Below are positions 1 through 9,388 of a stretch of 64,000 nt of DNA, one piece after another. The DNA lies in the IMG/VR virus record IMGVR_UViG_3300048926_000317, positions 23,530 through 87,529 of that record; one strand, 5' to 3'. This DNA comes from a virus. Taxonomy: Duplodnaviria > Caudoviricetes. The number at the start of each line of letters is the position of its first letter. Within the stretch, counting starts at the first letter, position 1. The notes under the pieces were generated by a model. That model searched no databases. It saw only the letters and a program-made list of their open reading frames with translations, and had not been told where the DNA came from. A program made the position numbers and the translations under genes.

Positions 1-1
1 A

Positions 2-361
2 ATAAATATAGATCCTGATCGATTTACATTAACAGGCTATAATGAATTAAGTTCTTCAGCTTTTGAATTTTATATTAAAGCTAAATGTTCAAAAGAATTA
101 CTTCCTGGGACCATTGGAATGTATCATCAATCTACACGAGAAATTCATATTAATGACAAAGGAAAGCCTGCATATAATAGTGACGCGGCTTTTTTGAAAC
201 GGAAAAAAAATATATTCTGGCCAACACTTATGGAATTTATAGATAAATGTGAATTAACTAAAAAGGAAAAGAATAAAATAAAGAAAGGAGATGATGTTTA
301 TTTTCAATATAATCGGTTTAAAGAAATAGAAAATGCTTACACTAAAAATACAAGATTATGA
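2..361 (+). CDS. 5'-truncated protein, possibly ClpP/peptidase S14-like
   Basis: Frame 2 is open from the window start. GYNELSSSAF...LLPGTIGMYHQS resembles the ClpP Ser and His motifs (G.AAS.A...ALPNSRIMIHQP). Confidence 0.4.
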   Translation: MNIDPDRFTLTGYNELSSSAFEFYIKAKCSKELLPGTIGMYHQSTREIHINDKGKPAYNSDAAFLKRKKNIFWPTLMEFIDKCELTKKEKNKIKKGDDVYFQYNRFKEIENAYTKNTRL

Positions 362-675
362 GTACAAGATTAGAAAATTATATTATTTACGGAATCAAAT
401 TAGGTGAAGAATTCACCGAAGAATACTGGGAGAAAGATTTCTATCCAGAAATGGAATATGATAAATCTAAAGAATTTAAACCATTATTTTTGACTGATGG
501 GATGAATGGAAATTATACTTATTTTGGGTTTATTAAAGATCTGAATGAAGATAATGAAACAGTTTTAGAAACAATTAAATTAAACCCATTTGAAATACAA
601 AATAAATTCAATGAGCTATATCCCGAAATGACTATGCCAGAAATAAAACTTTATCATGTCCCACATTGGGTATAA
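358..675 (+). CDS. hypothetical protein
   Basis: 105-aa ORF with an ATGA overlap with the upstream stop. Confidence 0.7.
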   Translation: MSTRLENYIIYGIKLGEEFTEEYWEKDFYPEMEYDKSKEFKPLFLTDGMNGNYTYFGFIKDLNEDNETVLETIKLNPFEIQNKFNELYPEMTMPEIKLYHVPHWV

Positions 676-695
676 TTTAAAAACAAATAAATGCT

Positions 696-1223
696 ATGTC
701 ACTAAGAGATAAATATACAAAAGAAGAGTGGGTTGAACTTGAGAAAGAAGTTTTTAAAAAGACTGATGAAAAAGCTTATGATGGAATTAATCCGAGTATA
801 GATTTGCCTGAAGAAGCTGTTTTTCCCACATCTTTAAAAGATTGGGATGCTGTAAAACCAAAATTAAATGTGTTTGGAAAAGGAATGGCTAAAGATACTG
901 CCGATGACAAAATAGACCCTAAAGAATATATATTTGCTGAGAATTATAGTTTGATTGAAGAAAAAATAAAGCAGGTAGTAAAACAATCTTCAATAATTAA
1001 CCAAATGACTTATAAAATATTAGAAAAGAAGGCTAACGGAATAATTCCTGAAGTAGCTATTATGAGCATGGGAGATTATGATGAATTTCATAAAGCCATT
1101 CCATATACTCATTCAAATGAAAATAATTCAAATATAAAAACATCTGGGGTTCGTATAGCCGGGGTAACACTATTAATTTATCCTACACCGAATATTGAAG
1201 ATGGTGAAATTGAAATTTATTAA
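696..1223 (+). CDS. hypothetical protein
   Basis: 175-aa ORF with an A-rich upstream context. Confidence 0.75.
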   Translation: MSLRDKYTKEEWVELEKEVFKKTDEKAYDGINPSIDLPEEAVFPTSLKDWDAVKPKLNVFGKGMAKDTADDKIDPKEYIFAENYSLIEEKIKQVVKQSSIINQMTYKILEKKANGIIPEVAIMSMGDYDEFHKAIPYTHSNENNSNIKTSGVRIAGVTLLIYPTPNIEDGEIEIY

Positions 1224-1231
1224 AAAATATA

Positions 1232-1261
1232 TTGTAATATAAAGTATATTTTATATATTTG
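1232..1261 (+). promoter_or_regulatory. Bacteroidota sigma-70-type promoter upstream of the tRNA
   Basis: TATATTTG at 1254-1261 with TTG about 19 bp upstream. Confidence 0.6.
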
Positions 1262-1306
1262 TATTATATAATTCTAGATCTCTAATTAGAAATTATTATT
1301 CATAAG

Positions 1307-1333
1307 TATGCGTCAATTATGGCGCATATTTTT
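1307..1333 (+). terminator. terminator-like hairpin immediately before the tRNA
   Basis: TATGCGTCA-ATTA-TGGCGCATA followed by a T-run. Confidence 0.55.
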
Positions 1334-1336
1334 AAA

Positions 1337-1409
1337 GGCCGAATAACTCAGTTGGTAGAGTGTCGCTCTCATAAAGCGAATGTCAAAGGTTCGATTCCTT
1401 TTTCGGCAA
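1337..1409 (+). tRNA. tRNA with CAT anticodon (elongator Met or lysidine-type Ile2); no encoded CCA
   Basis: Cloverleaf: acceptor GGCCGAA/TTCGGCA, D arm ACTC/GAGT, anticodon arm TCGCT-CTCATAA-AGCGA, T arm AAAGG-TTCGATT-CCTTT. Confidence 0.9.
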
Positions 1410-1484
1410 CTAATTTTAAGTTTTTCATTTTTTTGTGAATAGTTTAATGTTTCATAATTATTATTTTAGTGTTATGGTTATTAC

Positions 1485-1515
1485 ATACCGGTCAATTATG
1501 ATCGGTATTTTTTTT
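1485..1515 (+). terminator. intrinsic terminator after the tRNA
   Basis: ATACCGGTCA-ATTA-TGATCGGTAT followed by a T-run. Confidence 0.8.
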
Positions 1516-1564
1516 ATCTTATACTAAATATATTTACGTAAATTTATTATATAAATAATTAGAT

Positions 1565-1918
1565 ATGAATACTAACAACCTAATAGACTATTTCAACGAA
1601 GTGTCTAATGAAATTTTCGAAGTTCTCAGCGAGATCAAGTATTCCATAAGACTTTTAGAAATAAACCAGGAAAACAGGTTTATAGGGTTTTCTATCGATA
1701 CAGAATATTTTGCGGCTCAAATAACTGTACTAACTCCGGATAATCATCGATACATATTAAATAGATCTTGTTCTATGCAGTTATATTCTTTTGATGACTC
1801 AAACCTTGATTTAGTTTTATACGAGTCTACATTTCGATCTATTGAAGAGTGTATAATATTCCTTGTCGATAAGGATGTGGCGAATCTAATTAATATGCCA
1901 AAATATCACTTAAACTAA
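1565..1918 (+). CDS. hypothetical protein
   Basis: 117-aa ORF. Confidence 0.6.
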   Translation: MNTNNLIDYFNEVSNEIFEVLSEIKYSIRLLEINQENRFIGFSIDTEYFAAQITVLTPDNHRYILNRSCSMQLYSFDDSNLDLVLYESTFRSIEECIIFLVDKDVANLINMPKYHLN

Positions 1919-1945
1919 TATCACCATTCATATGAATGGTGATAT

Positions 1946-3513
1946 TTATTGTTGTGTTTTTGTTAATCGGCTTGTAGCTATTGTAAACGTGGTATTCCCA
2001 TCATATACTGTTGTAAAGTTTCTCAAAGGTCTTTGTGATACTACTATTACTTCTCTTCCTTTATCAGTAATAACCTTTTCACCTTTTTTAAATTCTTGTC
2101 CTAATATTCCTGCTTCGGGAATAAAACTGTTTTTAGATTTCTTTTGTCTCATAACAAATTATGTTTTCAGGATTAATAATTGATGATTTTTTAGCTACAA
2201 TATTTGCTCCATCATTTAGAATCCATAAATTATTGAAATCTTTTTCAATCCATCCAAAATGCCCATCATCTTTTTTTCTAAACTCACTATAAGTTAATAT
2301 TATATTTTCACTAGCTTTTTCTAAAGATTTTTTTGCTACGTAATTAGCAAAGTCAATCATATCTTCTGCCGAGAACTGCAGTAATTCAAAATCCCATTTG
2401 TCATTTAGTCTGTGATTGGGAAAATATTCTTTTAATATTTCTTGTGATTTAGTCATAATATATTTTGTTTAATTGGTAATTCTTGTCCGGTTGAAATAAA
2501 GAAGAGATTCTGCAGATTGTGAAGAGTATCATCTAATCCAAGTTCTAATTGATTATCGTCAATGTAATAAGTAATCTCGGATAATTCCGAATGCTCCTTG
2601 CTTTCAGAAATTATTATTTCAAAGTCACTAGACCCTTCAATTACATTTTCCATTAAAAAATGATATTCAGTCCAATACTCTTTTTCAACAACTGATTTAT
2701 TAAAGCCATATTCAAAACTCCAATCAATGTATTTTTCAATGGTTTCTTTGGTTATTGGAATTGGTTCAATGTCATCACATTCGCTTTCAGAAACTTTATA
2801 AATATCAAATGGAGTCATTTCATAAAATTCATACTCTGCCCCTTCATCTGAAACTCCTTTGAATAAATTTACGAAATTTCCAGATCTTAATTCTTTTGAA
2901 AAATCTTTCATATAATTACTATTGATATTGTTTTAAAAATTGTTTTCCAGCTTCATCAATAATATGTTCAATTAAATAAACACGACCTCTATTAGTTGCA
3001 TCATTGAAATTTTGAAACCCGGCACTTATACTTTGCTCATTTAATATTTCTAATAATGTTTTCATGTCTTTGCTATCACTTTTGTTTTCGCCGCTTCAAG
3101 TGAAGCCAACTTTATTTCAGGGGTTTTGTAGATAGTCTCGTCTGTCTTTGTCCAATTGGATTTTATTTGTTCTAGTGTGTTCATGGTTTTTTAGATTTGT
3201 AAGTATATTTCTTATTGCACTCTTTATTGACACATTGAACAGCTTTACTTCCTGATCGAACCTGCTTTAAATCAGAACCGCAATTACATTTATCAATTTT
3301 TAATTTTTCAGCAAGCTGAAGATTAATAGATTCGTTTTTATTTACTCTTCTCTTCTTCTCAGTTTCTCTTAAAACAGGCATAAGAATTTCAGCGAGTTTT
3401 TTATATTCTTTTGCAATCCAAGGTTCTTCATGATGAAGACCGTCACCCATCATATCACCAAGTTTAATAAACTGATTCCACTCAAACTCATTTTCTCGTT
3501 TTTCAGCATTCAT
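1946..3513 (-). other. cluster of small minus-strand phage ORFs (1946-2152, 2133-2456, 2453-2911, two ORFs under 50 aa, 3181-3513)
   Basis: Tandem overlapping ORFs. 2133-2456 and 2453-2911 have paralogues at 28605 and 31556; 3181-3513 has C-terminal Cys pairs. Confidence 0.75.
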
Positions 3514-3585
3514 CGTCTTTTATTTTTAGGTTTAATAAATTTAGGTTTAAGGTTTTTCTATCTGTTGGAGAGTAAGCCGTATTTT

Positions 3586-3684
3586 TCATTCGGTCAATAA
3601 TAATATAATAAACCATAAAAAAAATATTACGAATAATAATGATATTACAATAATAACTAATTTTTCTTTTGTATCTTCTTCCAT
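3586..3684 (-). CDS. 32-aa single-pass membrane peptide
   Basis: Translates to MEEDTKEKLVIIVISLLFVIFFLWFIILLLTE; below the ORF-track size cutoff. Confidence 0.55.
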   Translation of the reverse strand: MEEDTKEKLVIIVISLLFVIFFLWFIILLLTE

Positions 3685-3691
3685 GAGTATT

Positions 3692-4123
3692 TTATTTTGA
3701 TGAATTAATAGTTTCAAAGTAGAACTTTCCGCTGAATGGTTTATCAAGAGTAATATCAAATGCAGACGCTACATTATTCATATATTCAATCCGCTTTTTA
3801 GTTCTTTCTACTAAGGTTTTCTTTGGTAGTTTTGCTAATCTCAGATGAAAATTGGACATATACCTTCTGAATCCTTCAATATCTAAGCTTCGCTTATAGT
3901 GATTAACAATCTTTAAAGCGGGGAAAAGATTTTCAATATTGTCAACCTCTTTTAATTTAACATTTACTTCTTCAACACTTCCACAGCTATAATAAGCGTT
4001 TTGAGTATGTTGGTATTTACTCATAGCATGGTCAACTTGCCAACCATCATTTAACGGCTTCCCTGTGTAAGCACAAAGACCATTAAATTTCTCAAAAACT
4101 TCGATTCTTTTCTTTTTCGTCAT
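3692..4123 (-). CDS. HNH endonuclease-like protein
   Basis: KFNGLCAYTG..L...WQVDH...DNIENLFPA...NHYK matches the phage HNH pattern; most Zn-binding Cys are replaced. Confidence 0.7.
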   Translation of the reverse strand: MTKKKRIEVFEKFNGLCAYTGKPLNDGWQVDHAMSKYQHTQNAYYSCGSVEEVNVKLKEVDNIENLFPALKIVNHYKRSLDIEGFRRYMSNFHLRLAKLPKKTLVERTKKRIEYMNNVASAFDITLDKPFSGKFYFETINSSK

Positions 4124-4135
4124 ATCCTTTATTGT

Positions 4136-4438
4136 TTAAGATGCCATTTTTAATTCCTGGGTAAGTTCTGCAACTGCAGTTTCAATCTCCCTAAACCTTT
4201 CAATTTTAAACGATGATTCTTTAAACCGGCCTATCGTTTTAAAATACCTGATAGGATTTTTAATCTCTTCCAAAAGCACGCTCACCACCAAACCATCATT
4301 TTCATCAATACTTCTAATTGTGTATTCCTCGCCTTTTTTTACCCACTGCTCAAAGTCCATTTTAAACTCTTCCATGTTGAGACCTTCTTTTATCGATGAG
4401 TCTACACATATAACTTTAGTTCCGATATTTATTCCCAT
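4136..4438 (-). CDS. hypothetical protein
   Basis: 100-aa ORF overlapping the end of the GIY-YIG gene by 10 nt. Confidence 0.7.
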   Translation of the reverse strand: MGINIGTKVICVDSSIKEGLNMEEFKMDFEQWVKKGEEYTIRSIDENDGLVVSVLLEEIKNPIRYFKTIGRFKESSFKIERFREIETAVAELTQELKMAS

Positions 4439-5208
4439 AAGTAACCTCCTGCTGTTTTTGATATGCCGCTTAATACATTTGCAATTCCTTTTATTTTTGT
4501 GATCTTCATTGCTTCTGTTATAGACGGAAAATTGTTAATAATATTTCCTTGTTTGTCTTTTTGAATAACTTTTCTTTTCTTTAAACTTTGTCTACCTATA
4601 AGTGTCTTAGAAATTTTCGCCCTAGTTTCTTCTGAAAAAGTTTTTATTCTCTTTTTAAATACAATTTGTTGCAAATAATCTGAAGTGTAATATCTAAAAG
4701 GATATAAACCCTTACCTTTATTAATGCAAATTCTTGTAATTCTGGCTGAGCTTATATTATGAAAATTAGAAGCTTCTTGAATAGAATCCCAAATTTTAAT
4801 AAATTTACCATCCCGACCATATTCTATTACTTTAGTAAATTTATGAGAAACATCAATTTCTTTAACACCTCTCCTGCCATTTGCTGTAGGGGATAAATTA
4901 TATCCATTTTTAATAAAGTAATCACAATTTCCTTTCAAGTAAAAATCAGCTTTTAGTATACTATTTAAGTAATATTGCTCTCTATCAAATAAATTATTTT
5001 CATTGTGCACATGTTCTAAAATTGTAAATTCAAAATTATCAATACCATATTTAATTACCGCTTTTCTAAATAATTTACAACCACTTTTTATATTTAGATT
5101 TAAGTGATCTCTTTTTCTTTTTGATAGGTTATTACTGCTACCTATATAAATCTTATTATTAAGTTTATTACGAAACATATAAATCCCACAATTACTTCCT
5201 ATTCGCAT
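4429..5208 (-). CDS. GIY-YIG homing endonuclease with NUMOD1-like repeats
   Basis: GIY...YIGSS...KR..H and conserved E (LFDREQYY) and N (GYN); two KV.(E/Q)....G..I..(W/F).SI.EA repeats ending in AGGYLW. Confidence 0.9.
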   Translation of the reverse strand: MRIGSNCGIYMFRNKLNNKIYIGSSNNLSKRKRDHLNLNIKSGCKLFRKAVIKYGIDNFEFTILEHVHNENNLFDREQYYLNSILKADFYLKGNCDYFIKNGYNLSPTANGRRGVKEIDVSHKFTKVIEYGRDGKFIKIWDSIQEASNFHNISSARITRICINKGKGLYPFRYYTSDYLQQIVFKKRIKTFSEETRAKISKTLIGRQSLKKRKVIQKDKQGNIINNFPSITEAMKITKIKGIANVLSGISKTAGGYLWE

Positions 5209-5237
5209 GGCTAATTTATTTTTGAATAATTATCTTA

Positions 5238-5245
5238 CAAAGATA
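5238..5245 (-). promoter_or_regulatory. -7 box for the GIY-YIG gene
   Basis: TATCTTTG on the minus strand about 30 nt upstream of the ATG; no clear -33 element. Confidence 0.45.
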
Positions 5246-5312
5246 AATTAAAATATGTAAAGTATATATAAAAGTTCTAATTAATATTGTAAACCTTTTT
5301 TACTCCGTATTT

Positions 5313-5333
5313 GATATAAGGTGGCCTTATATC
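5313..5333. terminator. perfect 9-bp hairpin
   Basis: GATATAAGG-TGG-CCTTATATC with a T-rich tract on the + side. Confidence 0.5.
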
Positions 5334-5379
5334 TTCTTTTTTATTTTCGTTTACTCATGGTTTATTTGGTATTAGACAT

Positions 5380-5777
5380 AACGGGTTTTAAATAGCATCT
5401 GTTACTTCCTTGGTTTAATCACAAAATAAGTATAAACAAATAACTATGAATAGTAAGACTAAATCTATTCTTTACCCTATTAAACACTTCCGTCGCTTAT
5501 CTTTTACTCGAAAAGACTACTAACCGTTCACCACTGCTTTTAATTCAAAATGAAGATGCTATCACTAGTCGTCAACCCGTAAGACGTTGCTAGATTATAA
5601 GTGGCGTTTTAATTGACTAAATCTATTTATTTATACTTTCTTGCTTAACCTCCAATTTTCAATCCTTACGTCAGGATAATCGCTATATAGCTAAAGATGT
5701 TTGGATTTGGGTAACACCTATTGACAATATACAAATAAAAAAGTCTTCTAATATGATTTGCAGTTTAGTATATAGCC
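5380..5777 (-). ncRNA. candidate large structured RNA of unknown class (alternatively an origin-like element)
   Basis: No ORF; at least 7 helices including long-range pairs 5554-5563/5391-5400, 5574-5580/5381-5387 and 5600-5606/5529-5535; 13-bp direct repeat. Confidence 0.5.
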
Positions 5778-5884
5778 AAAAAAAGACCTACTAAGTCATG
5801 CGTTTGCCAGGCAATGTGTAGGTCTTTGGTATTTATGTTTGGTATAAATAGTCTAGTTTATGACTTAATTAACATTAACCTGGC
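5778..5884 (-). ncRNA. ~105-nt small RNA or attenuator ending in a terminator whose loop can pair with the 5' end
   Basis: Stem AAAGACCTAC/GTAGGTCTTT plus T-run; loop CCTGGC and ATGACTTA are complementary to 5' GCCAGG and TAAGTCAT. Confidence 0.6.
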
Positions 5885-5888
5885 ATAG

Positions 5889-5920
5889 CAAAGTTAAGAT
5901 AATATTTTGAATACGCAATA
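5889..5920 (-). promoter_or_regulatory. conserved phage promoter
   Basis: TATTGCGTATT, then TAACTTTG 19 bp after the TTG. Confidence 0.8.
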
Positions 5921-6001
5921 CTTTTTTGAAAATATTTGTTGTTAAAATTTGTAACCTAAAATATTTGATTACAAAATATAGCCAATTATTATAATCAAAA
6001 A

Positions 6002-6028
6002 TAAAAGCCCGGTAGTTAATCGGGCTAA
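6002..6028 (-). terminator. intrinsic terminator
   Basis: AGCCCG stem plus T-run on the minus strand, downstream of 6080-6385. Confidence 0.7.
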
Positions 6029-6079
6029 ATCAAATGAAAATTTCTAACATTAAATCAAAAGCTATTATGTATGGAACTT

Positions 6080-6385
6080 TTATTTTTTTTCAACTTGCTT
6101 GTAGCTTAAATTGCTAAAGGTCTTTCCAGATTCTGTCATGATGTAATAATTGTTTTTGAAGTAAAGAGGAATATATTCTCCTTTATGTTCTAAAAATCCA
6201 TGACAACTTTTAGTGAATTCATTGGATGTTTCATCTAAATCTGCTACGTGTTTTACTCCAAAGCAATCAAAGAATACATCTGAAAATTCATCATAATTTA
6301 CATGTCTGTCAATAACAGAGTATAAATCTCCTATAAGCTGATTAATTTGTTTATTACTTTCTGTAACTGTTCTAAGTGTGTACAT
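6080..6385 (-). CDS. hypothetical protein
   Basis: 101-aa ORF. Confidence 0.7.
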   Translation of the reverse strand: MYTLRTVTESNKQINQLIGDLYSVIDRHVNYDEFSDVFFDCFGVKHVADLDETSNEFTKSCHGFLEHKGEYIPLYFKNNYYIMTESGKTFSNLSYKQVEKK

Positions 6386-6419
6386 ATGTGTGTATTTATT
6401 TGTAATTCAAAGTTAAGAA

Positions 6420-6818
6420 TTAATATTTTACAACGGCAACTTTTAAACCTTTTTCTTTGGCTTTTTTTATTATATCCTCAGTGCCTCGGCTAAATCCGTC
6501 AAAAAAAGCAATAAGAAAATCTGCATATTCAACCATTTCAGCATTCCTAACAGGACCGGCTGATCTTTTATGAGTTGCCCAATCTGCAGGGAAAGGTTTA
6601 ACTGGGTATCCTTTCTCAGATGCGTATAATTCACCTAGTCCATCAGTGCCATATACTTTTATTCCATCTAAAGAATCAAAGGTATGTTTCCCTGTGCTAC
6701 ATCTTCCTGAGACTATTTCAATATCATCTAATAAGTTTACCAAAAGATAATCACATTTCTCTTTTAAAAGTTTATAATCATCAAAGTCTCGGCCGCCGGC
6801 TATTATTACTTTTTTCAT
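6420..6818 (-). CDS. SLOG-superfamily (DUF2493/YspA-like) protein
   Basis: MKKVIIAGGRDF...VSG...G.D.LG..YA...FPADW...AGP.RN.EM...D..IAF.DG.SRGT. Confidence 0.85.
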   Translation of the reverse strand: MKKVIIAGGRDFDDYKLLKEKCDYLLVNLLDDIEIVSGRCSTGKHTFDSLDGIKVYGTDGLGELYASEKGYPVKPFPADWATHKRSAGPVRNAEMVEYADFLIAFFDGFSRGTEDIIKKAKEKGLKVAVVKY

Positions 6819-9377
6819 TATCTATAGCTCATATGTTTATTTAATTCTGAAATATTTATTATAAGTAATTCCTTAGCTATTTCATCAGCTATTCTTCCGT
6901 GTATTAATTTTAAAGCAATTCTTGTAGATGGTTCGTCCAAAGGATTTTTCATTCTTTCCTTATACCATTCATCGTCAGTAATAAATGTCTTAACTTTAAA
7001 CTCTGATCCATTGAGGATAAATTTATAATAGACTTCAAACCCATTTGACAGATGATCTTCTCTAAAAAAGAAAGCTACGGCATTGAGATAGGTTTGATTT
7101 ATCCTGACGGAGTAGCAAAGGTTTTCTTTTGCTTTTTCGTGGAACTCATTTAGTAATTTAATAGACTCATCAGTTGCAGCTTTATATTCGTTTATATTGA
7201 CTGATTTTTCGTATGGTATATATTCTGTATTTTTCATACTTAATTTTTTGAAAAGGTTTTTAAATCGGGTTCAAATGGTTTGTATATTTCCATTGTTATT
7301 GTATCGTATTGAAAAATATTCAATATTCCAAACCATTCACATATTCTTTTTATTTGGTCGTCATAATCTGTTCGTTTTATATTTTTGAAAAACCCTTCAG
7401 CCTTTAAACCTTCATAATCAAAGTTTAATAATAGGTATTCTATTTCTCTTTGTGTTGCCATTATTACATTTCTTCAAGTTCTTGTTTTACTTCTTGCCAA
7501 TAGAGAACACTTTGATTAACCTCTTTAAATACGCTGTCGCTTTCAGATATTTCTATAATATCACACAAAGCTTTTATTATTCCATCAACGGCTATTTTTG
7601 CACATTCAATAGCATTCGGTTCCTCCATGTATAAAAATCTATTTTTATATTGATATCTGGAAAAATCCAGTTCTAAATTTTTATATCGATATACTAAACT
7701 AATTGATTCCTCTTTTGTTACCATAATTATCTTCTTTTGCTTGGAAATAATACTAATAAACAGATTACCCCAAATATTATTACAAATAGTAATTTAAGTA
7801 AGTGTTCATTCATATTATTTTAATTTTGTACCGTTTAGTAAATTAGTTAGTTTCTTCAATTTTTATATTCTCAGGATTGATCGTGCTAGCATATCCATCT
7901 ATTGCAGCCTCAACGTAAATTTCATTATTATGTACCTTAATTTTGGCTGCTACATTTCCTCCAAAGTATACTCTATAATACTTAGCCTCCATGTCAGAAT
8001 GTTTTTTGAATCTCTCAATTAACTCCGCAATAAGTAGATCAGGACAATTTTTTGTAGGTGGAACACTCATTGTAAAGTTCTTTCCACCCTTGCACCAATC
8101 CTGTAAAATAGCTATCGATTTTTCAATTAAAACTTCATCTGGTATTTCTGATAATTGTCTGTCTAATTCTTCTTGTGTCATAATCTATAATTTTATCTCT
8201 TCTGTATAGTGAGCATTATTAAGTTTATTCTTAAACAATTTTTCAACATCCTTAATTTTATGTTCAGGAACATTTTCTAAATGCAACCTATATCCACATT
8301 CAAGCCTGTTTAAATTTCTATACAATTCTTTAGTTAGATCCTTATAATCTACTGTAATCTCCATTAATGGGTCTAATAATTTTAAGTCATTAAAAAGTGA
8401 TCTCTGTTTTTTAGCAACTGTTTTGATAATCAAATTATCCTCGTCGTCATATTCGTAACAATCTTCGCAATAATGCTTATCTTTTTCTTCATGCCAATTA
8501 GATTCCATAGCTACTTCTTTAGCTGATAACTCGTCACTCCAACACGAAAATTCTCCATGCTTCATAAGATCTTTACTGCAGTTGTCACATACCACAGTGA
8601 ACATTTCTACTTTTTTTACTGACATAATTATTATGATATTAAATAGTTAGCTAGTTTTAAAACTTCTTCCGGAGTATTATACCCAGGATTCCAATTAATC
8701 CATAAGACAAATGAACTGCCTTCATAAATTCCATCAATTCTTACTTTGTATTTGAAGTTTTTAATATTATCTTCTATTATTGTTATTTTCCCTTCTATTA
8801 ATTTCATATTATATTTCTTTAAATTTTGTTATTCTTATTTCAATCAATGAAGATAAAACTTCCATTAGCTCTGAATACATTATCATAATTTCAGATTTAT
8901 CTAATTTATCATTCTGTACATCATTATAAGCTTTTTGAAGTTTCACCTTTAACCGATTATTATATTCAATCTGCTCCTTCTTAAACTTAGCGTGGTTAAA
9001 TTGTCCGTCTGTCATAAATTTCTATTTTTTTGTTTTAAAATTAATTATATTGATTCATATAAATATTAAAATGTTACAAAAATATTTAGTTATTAAAACC
9101 ATATCTTACCAAAGCCTTTTAAATATTCTTTAATTATATACTTAGCCGCAGCAGTTGCACATTGGCGAGTATAAAAAACATGATTATCTCTTTCGTGTGT
9201 ATAGTACCCATGATTGAAATGATGCCCTATATCCTCAAAATTTATCTTATCGTAAGTGTTAGGTTTCCAGCTCTCCCAATTATCCGGTAGCTCTGCTCTC
9301 CATCCTTTAACATCTTCGTCATTCCACTTAGTAATTAAGACTGGAATCTTTCTGAATTTTTGTTTTTCTGTTATCAT
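6818..9377 (-). other. run of small hypothetical ORFs (6818-7237, 7240-7461, 7464-7724, 7843-8181, 8185-8625 with CxxC pairs, 8631-8807, 8809-9015, 9093-9377)
   Basis: Head-to-tail ORFs with A-rich start contexts. Confidence 0.75.
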
Positions 9378-9388
9378 AAGTTCACATA

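Noticed and set aside
1337-1409. Initiator tRNA-fMet
   Set aside because: The 1:72 mismatch is G-A rather than C-A, and the three G-C anticodon-stem pairs are missing.
5380-5777. Calling this a bona fide group I intron with the GIY-YIG gene as its intron-encoded ORF
   Set aside because: P7-like elements are present, but there is no convincing P4-P6 domain or interrupted exon pair, and the endonuclease stop overlaps the next gene, leaving no room for 3' intron structure. Kept only as an unclassified RNA candidate.
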